A stretch of 64,000 bases of DNA, taken from the NCBI GenBank assembly GCA_951406725.2, contig OX597815.1, forward strand, positions 75,702,001 to 75,766,000, given 5' to 3'. This document shows, piece after piece, positions 57,555-64,000 of this stretch. Position 1 is the stretch's first letter. Every line of letters begins with the position of its first letter. The translations under genes were made by a program, and so were the position numbers. Origin of the DNA: Octopus vulgaris. Its lineage: Eukaryota. Under the pieces are notes generated by a model, which searched no databases, had not been told where the DNA came from, and saw nothing but the letters and a program-made list of their open reading frames with translations.

Positions 57555-60500
57555 CTACAGGATCATGCTCAAAATGGTTTCGTTACTAGCACGCACCATC
57601 TTTGCAACATTCACCCATCTTTTATTGAATCTTTCGCGAGACAAAACTTCCCTCTCCATTCTCACCTTCCTTTTCAAGTGGTACTTGAAAAAGTTGATGA
57701 GCGAATGGCCAGAGAGGTAAGTGTTTGTCTCTAATCCTTTCGCTCGAGTCCACCACACACATTCTTTCACCATGGCCACCAGTACGATGAAAACTGCCTT
57801 GCCTTCCCGGTTGAGGGAAGGGGGCGGAGCAATTCTCACGATAGACTCGGCCGATAGGCGGATTCGTCCCACACGTGACAGCAGCCGTTCGGCATAAGCC
57901 CACAGGTCGGAAATGGTTGGACATTGCACGAGTGCGTGCAGAACGGTTTCGTCGCTCTGACCGCATCTCGGGCAAGTCGGTCCAGTGTGTCTGGAACCGT
58001 GTCTGTAGAGCTTATCCCGAACAGGTAATGCTTCTCGATAGCACTGCCAGGCCAGGGATCTTTGGTGATTGTTCATAGGTCCCGGCCCGAAAGTTGTCCT
58101 GAACAGGCGGGTCAGGTGTTCCTCGTCGACGCCCAGACTCTGCCCGAGTTCGTCGTCGCACCTCCCCTCCACTAATCCTCTATAGAATGCCTTTGTTGTG
58201 ATGGAGTCGCACAAGTTCGATCCCGGACGGCAGAGTTGCTTGAGAGCAACGCGACACTCACGGTGCCATTCGCCTAGCCTCGGTCTCTGCTTGATCCATG
58301 ACTGTAGTTCGTCCAAGGAGACGAGCTGCGGGAAAGCGCGCCGCACAAAAGGCGACCACCCCTGTTCACCGTTGTCTATGAAGCGCCGGAGATGTCGCAG
58401 TCTCAGCGCATGTCTGCGCATCATCAACCACGGCATGCCCAGCCCTCCATTTAGCGGGTGTTGGCAGCAAATGGATCGCCTGACCATCGGAACGTTTCCC
58501 TTCCACAAGAAGCGGAAGAGTATGCGTTCCAGTTTGGTGATGGTAGGGTCGGGACAAGGCACGACGGTCAGACGGTACTCGATGACGGATGCGATGTACG
58601 CGTTCGCCACCTCCGCCCGACCTTTTAGGGATAGCTTTCTCTCAGTCCATTTCTGGGTGAGAGTAGCCACCCTAGTCGTTATCTCGCCCCAGTTCTTCTC
58701 CATTTGGAGGTCCGGACCGAACCAGACCCCGAGCAATTTAACCGGTCCGTCCGTCCAGCGTCCCACGATGGAGACGCTGTTGGACGGCATGGGCTTGCTT
58801 CTCCAGGTGCCGAGCCGCAAGCCCACTGACTTTTCCCGGTTAATTTTTGCTCCCGTTACCGCTTCGTATTCTTTCAGTGTCTCGCCGACCAGCTCGATGT
58901 GCTCGTAGCTCGACACTATGACGGTGACGTCATCCGCGTATGCAGACACGCTCCTCCCGCATCCCAGCTCTCGTGGGATGCCCCTCAGCGTCGCCAGTTT
59001 CCGCAGTAGTGGCTCAAGAGTCAGTACATACAGCAGCGATGAGAGGGGGCATCCTTGACGAACCGAACGCATGATGTTAAAAGGTCTGGATAGATGACCA
59101 TTTACGCGAACTACTGAGCGGATGCCGCTGTATAAGGCAGCGATCCAACTGCGGAAAACTGGACCGAAACCAGCCGCTTTGAGGACAGCCTCCAAGTAGT
59201 GATGGTCTACCCTATCGAAGGCTTTTGATTGATCCAAATTGATCAGCGCCCCACCCATGCCAGGATTTTTAACTACCCTGTCTATGATGTAGCGCATCAG
59301 ATGGAGGTTGTCATGAATACTTCTACCCGGCACGGCGCATGTTTGCGCCTTGTCGATTAGTTTCTTGATGACAAGCGCCAACCTCTCGGCTAACACCTTG
59401 GCCAAAATTTTCAAATCTGCGTTGAGCAGAGTGATGGGCCTGAAATTATCTATGACGTCCCCCTTGTTTGGGTCTTTCTTGATCAGTGCCACTGCTCCTC
59501 GCATGTGTGAATATGTTCTGCTGCCAGTTGCAGTAGACAGCTGCCAAGACGCCTCCAAACAAGTCTGGCATATGAAAATAAAATTCGTAGGGCAGACCAT
59601 CCAAGCCTGGTGACTTGTCTCTCGCGCAGCCTACCATCGCATCCTGTACGTCCGCAGCTGTGATAGGCTTTTCACAAGACTCCACCTCCCTTGCTGAGAG
59701 TCGTGGCAAGGCATGCAGGTAGGCACTAAAGTCCACTCTGCTTTCTGACTCACCACTTGTCCCAAACAGTTGGGTGAAGTGTTGTTGAAAAACCCCACAC
59801 ATCCTTTTAGGCTCGAGTAATTCGCGCCCCTGTTCATCTATAAGAGACTTGATGGTGGCTCTGTTGCCTCGTTGCGTCTCCACCACTCGGGCCTCTTGGG
59901 CGGCTCCAACTCCTTCGTTCCTCAGAGCACGCATCCTAGCTCTGACAACGCATCCCTCGTGTTTGGCGTTGAGGTGTTGGTCGAGGGCCAATCTCGCCGC
60001 CAGTACGTTGGACGCGATGCCAGTTCTAAGTGCCTCTTCTAAAACCTTAACTAATTCTCCCTCTACTCTATTTCGGTCTAATGCTAGGGCTCTACTGTAT
60101 CTGACTGATTCTGCTTTAATCGCTTTTTTTAGGGAATACCACCATCTGTTGTTGATGATGGTACCCGTCAAAGCTCTCTTAACTAATGTGCTGATCCGGT
60201 CCCTGTAAACCTGTCGTGCTGTAAAAGACGCGTTCAGTTTCCAGTAACCAGGACCCTGCCTATGTGTCTTATCTAAGTCAAGTGTACAAGTCACAAACTT
60301 GTGATCTGTGTAACTGACTATATGAAATTGTGGACAACCTACACTATTTTTATCTATTGTCCTACAGAATACTCTATCTAAGTATGATCTGGACGACCCG
60401 ATGCGGTTACTCCATGTCCACATTGGCACATTCGGGTGGTCCAGTCGGTACCTGTCAGACAGTTGGAAACGTCTGAGCAGGTCTTTGAGGCATTTGCATC

Positions 60501-60981
60501 CCCTTCTATTGCTATCTCTGCCCACGTAGTCTAGATGCGTGTCCAGGGTGGCATTCCAATCCCCCACTAAAAGTAAAGGACGAGACGTTCCCATGAAAGA
60601 CTCTAGACGTCGAAAGAAATCTGGTCGGCCTGTTAAGGACGGAGCATAAACTGCTATCAGTCGAAAAGCACACTCATTGCTGCCATCGACATCCAAAACG
60701 ACCAGCCTACCCTCCGGGTCTAGGAAATTTGCTCTTACTTTGAGATCCAGACTCTTCCGGATAAGCACCGCGGTGCCACCTCCGCCCATTCTCGGTAGAC
60801 ACGGAGAAAAATAAATGTTGAAATGTGTACCGAAAATGTGCTGGAGTGCCCGCAAGCTGTGGAGTCTGGTCTCACTGATGGCTATGATATTCAGATTTAG
60901 TGACTTGATGTCATTTAACAGGTAGCCTTGTTTCCAAGGCGACCCCAAGCCACGTACATTTATACTACCTATTCTGAGCAT
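57555..60981 (-). pseudogene. Copy 3 ORF2, frameshifted by a complex indel at ~59503-59514
   Basis: ORFs 59446..60999 and 57555..59600 are the two halves of ORF2. Confidence 0.9.
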
Positions 60982-61023
60982 GTTCCGATAAAAGTGCAAA
61001 AAAGGAAAAGGAGAGAGAAAAGG

Positions 61024-63161
61024 TTACTTGTTTTCCGAAAGTTCTTTGTCTTTCACCTCACGGTCTTCTTCTATGAGGCTTTTATACAGTTTTTTTGATG
61101 AGTACTTTTGAAATCTCCCTACTGCATCAGGGTAAAGAGATTTCAGGGTGCTGTATGTGTTCTGTGTCACGTGTATTATTTTAATGTGTTGTGGTGGTGT
61201 TGTGTGTGGGTGGTTACTTGTTTTTATGTCGTTTTCAGTAATGTTAGTGTTTGACCTAATGTGTTCCATTAGGTCGTGGTTGTTTGTGTTTATGGCTGTC
61301 AACATTTTTGGGGGGTTTGATGATGGTGTGTTTGTGTTGATGTGTGTGTTTTCTGTGGATGTTTTTGTTTCGGGAGTGGTGTATCTTCCCGCTTTGTTTG
61401 TTATTTTTTCTTTTCTTTTTTTTCCCCTTTTTCTTCTCCCCCTGTGGCTATTTGCCAATCTTCCGTGTCTTCTTCGTCTAATGACAGATCAGACGAATCG
61501 GAGTCTGGAAGAGGGAAAGTATTGGGGTCTATTGTCGACTGTGTTGGTTTTGTTGTTGGTGTTGGTTGGTGAGCGTTTGGTTGTGGTGTGTGCGGTTTTG
61601 GATGTGGGGTTTGGGTATTTTGTGTTTGAGTGATTGTGGGTATTGTTGTGTTGTTTAGGGTCTCAATTTTGTGGGGATTTGGAGTTGTAATTGTTTCTTC
61701 ATTTATGCTGGGTGTCTTTTTGGCAGATGTCCTTGGTTTGGGAGTTGGTATATTCTTGGTTGTTGTTGTTGGTGATGCTGCTTCTGTTCTTGGTGCTGCA
61801 GTTGGTGTGGTTGTTTGTTTGGTGAGGTTTGTTCCTGCAAAAAGTGGTGTGGGTAGTAGACCTTGTTTATTTGTTTTTGTTTCCGGCTGCTGTTGTTTTC
61901 TTGCGGCAGATTTGCAGTCTTTTTTGAGATGTTGCTCACTGCCGCATATGTAGCAACGTGGTCTTCTGCCATCGACGACCACATATAACTTGTGGTCGTC
62001 TGATACACATATCTGGGTGGGTATTTTTTTTATATCTTCATGATGTATATGTAGAAGAAATTCTATTTTCTTTCCCACCCAGTTTTTATGCTCTGTGACT
62101 GTGGTTTCCAAAATAGTATAATTCGCCATTTTTATGCATAAAGCCTTTACAAGCCATAGACTATTGGCTATTTTGGGGACATTGTTTAGAGTGATCTTAG
62201 TCACTTTCTGTCCCCGATAGCTTGGTGTAAGTTGGAGTTCATCTGAGTGAAGAGTTAGCGTTGAGAAATGTCTAGCTAACTCTTCGGTGTAGAAAACGAC
62301 TTGTATGTGGGCAAATTTGTTCCACCAGGTTACATATTCTTTGTGATCCCAGATGGGTTTCAGGCACTTCTCTATTTTGCCTGTGTTGGCCTTCTCTGGG
62401 ATTTTTGTTTTTTTGTTAACTATTTTATAAATGATTGTTCGTCTTTTTTCATTTTCCAAAATATCTTCTGGTATGTTAATTTTTACGATACCTTCTGATT
62501 CTGTTATTTTGATGTTCGTGTCCTGTAATTGTTGAGCCGTAAAGTATATTGTTGTTTTTTTTTCTTTAATCGCCTCAGCGAAATTTGTTGTTGTTTTGTT
62601 ATTGTTGTTGCTTGTGGTGATGTTGTTGGCTGCAGTTTGTAAAATTGGTGTGTTAGGTTCGATCGTGCAAGTAGGAAGGGGTGGAAAATTGCCTGCGTAC
62701 TTTAGTCCTGCACTAGGGCAAAATTCGACATTTCGTTTGCTTGTCGTCGTTATTTTTTCACTTGTTGGTGATGGAGTGAGCAGTGGTTGAAGGGAGTTGT
62801 TGTTGTCGTCGTTGTTGTTGTTGTTATTGTCGTTCTTGGTGACGGCTGTGGTGTTGGTAGTATTTGTAGCATTGACGGCACGGTCTTTGGTGGCGGTGAT
62901 GGTGATGTTGGTGTTGTTATTGGTGGCAATATCTTTAGTAGGGATAGCAGTTTTAGTAACAGATTCTGCCATGGTGTTGGTGGTGGTGGTGGACTCACTG
63001 ATGGTGTTGACGGTGCTTGGCCTTGCGACCTTTGTTTTGTATTTGTTGCTGTTGGTGGTGGTGGAGTTGTCAGGTTCGGCGTATGCTAACAGAGCATCCT
63101 GTTTTTCTGTTTCTCCGTCACGCTTGACTTGCAACTCGGCCTCGTGGTGGTCAGTGGCCAT
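61024..63161 (-). CDS. Copy 3 ORF1, 1-bp homopolymer frameshift at ~61440
   Basis: ATG at 63161 (MATDHHE) and CCHC knuckle. The run is C5 here versus C6 in copy 2. Confidence 0.8.
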
Positions 63162-63382
63162 TTTGGAAATAAAATGGCTAAATGAAACCACGAAGGCTAT
63201 GAGAATTTTTCTTTTAAATTTTGCCCACAAGGGGCAAAATTTTGTGCCGATATTTATCAAAGGTTTACAGTGGATGTTGTTGTACAACTTTTAAGCAAAA
63301 AATGTTTGTCAATATACACTTTTAAATAGTCAAAATAAATGATTACCTTCGGAGCCGAAAAGACATCACATCCGTCAGTCAG

Positions 63383-64000
<618 letters not shown>

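Overview
This is AT-rich, microsatellite-laden eukaryotic genomic DNA. The SINE repertoire looks like octopus/cephalopod, which is an inference from memory. There is one credible host gene: a single-coding-exon secreted or membrane-anchored leucine-rich-repeat protein (25784-26752, +). The last 18.6 kb holds a head-to-tail array of three nearly identical Tx1-clade (L1-like, APE+RT) non-LTR retrotransposons on the minus strand. Each copy is embedded in (GATA)n/(TATC)n with the same 3' junction phase, and one is 5'-truncated directly against the microsatellite, which points to a young (GATA)n-targeting element. The window ends in at least 600 bp of (GATA)n. The rest is a mosaic of tRNA-derived SINEs, decayed hAT, Tc1/mariner, Penelope-like and RLE-LINE fragments, two pogo/Tigger-like MITEs and a non-autonomous Helitron. 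It also contains several long fold-back inverted repeats and about 10 minimal type I hammerhead-ribozyme-like motifs, including a 3-unit ~300-bp tandem array that looks like a retrozyme (34555-35580). All calls were made by eye, so boundaries of decayed repeats are approximate.
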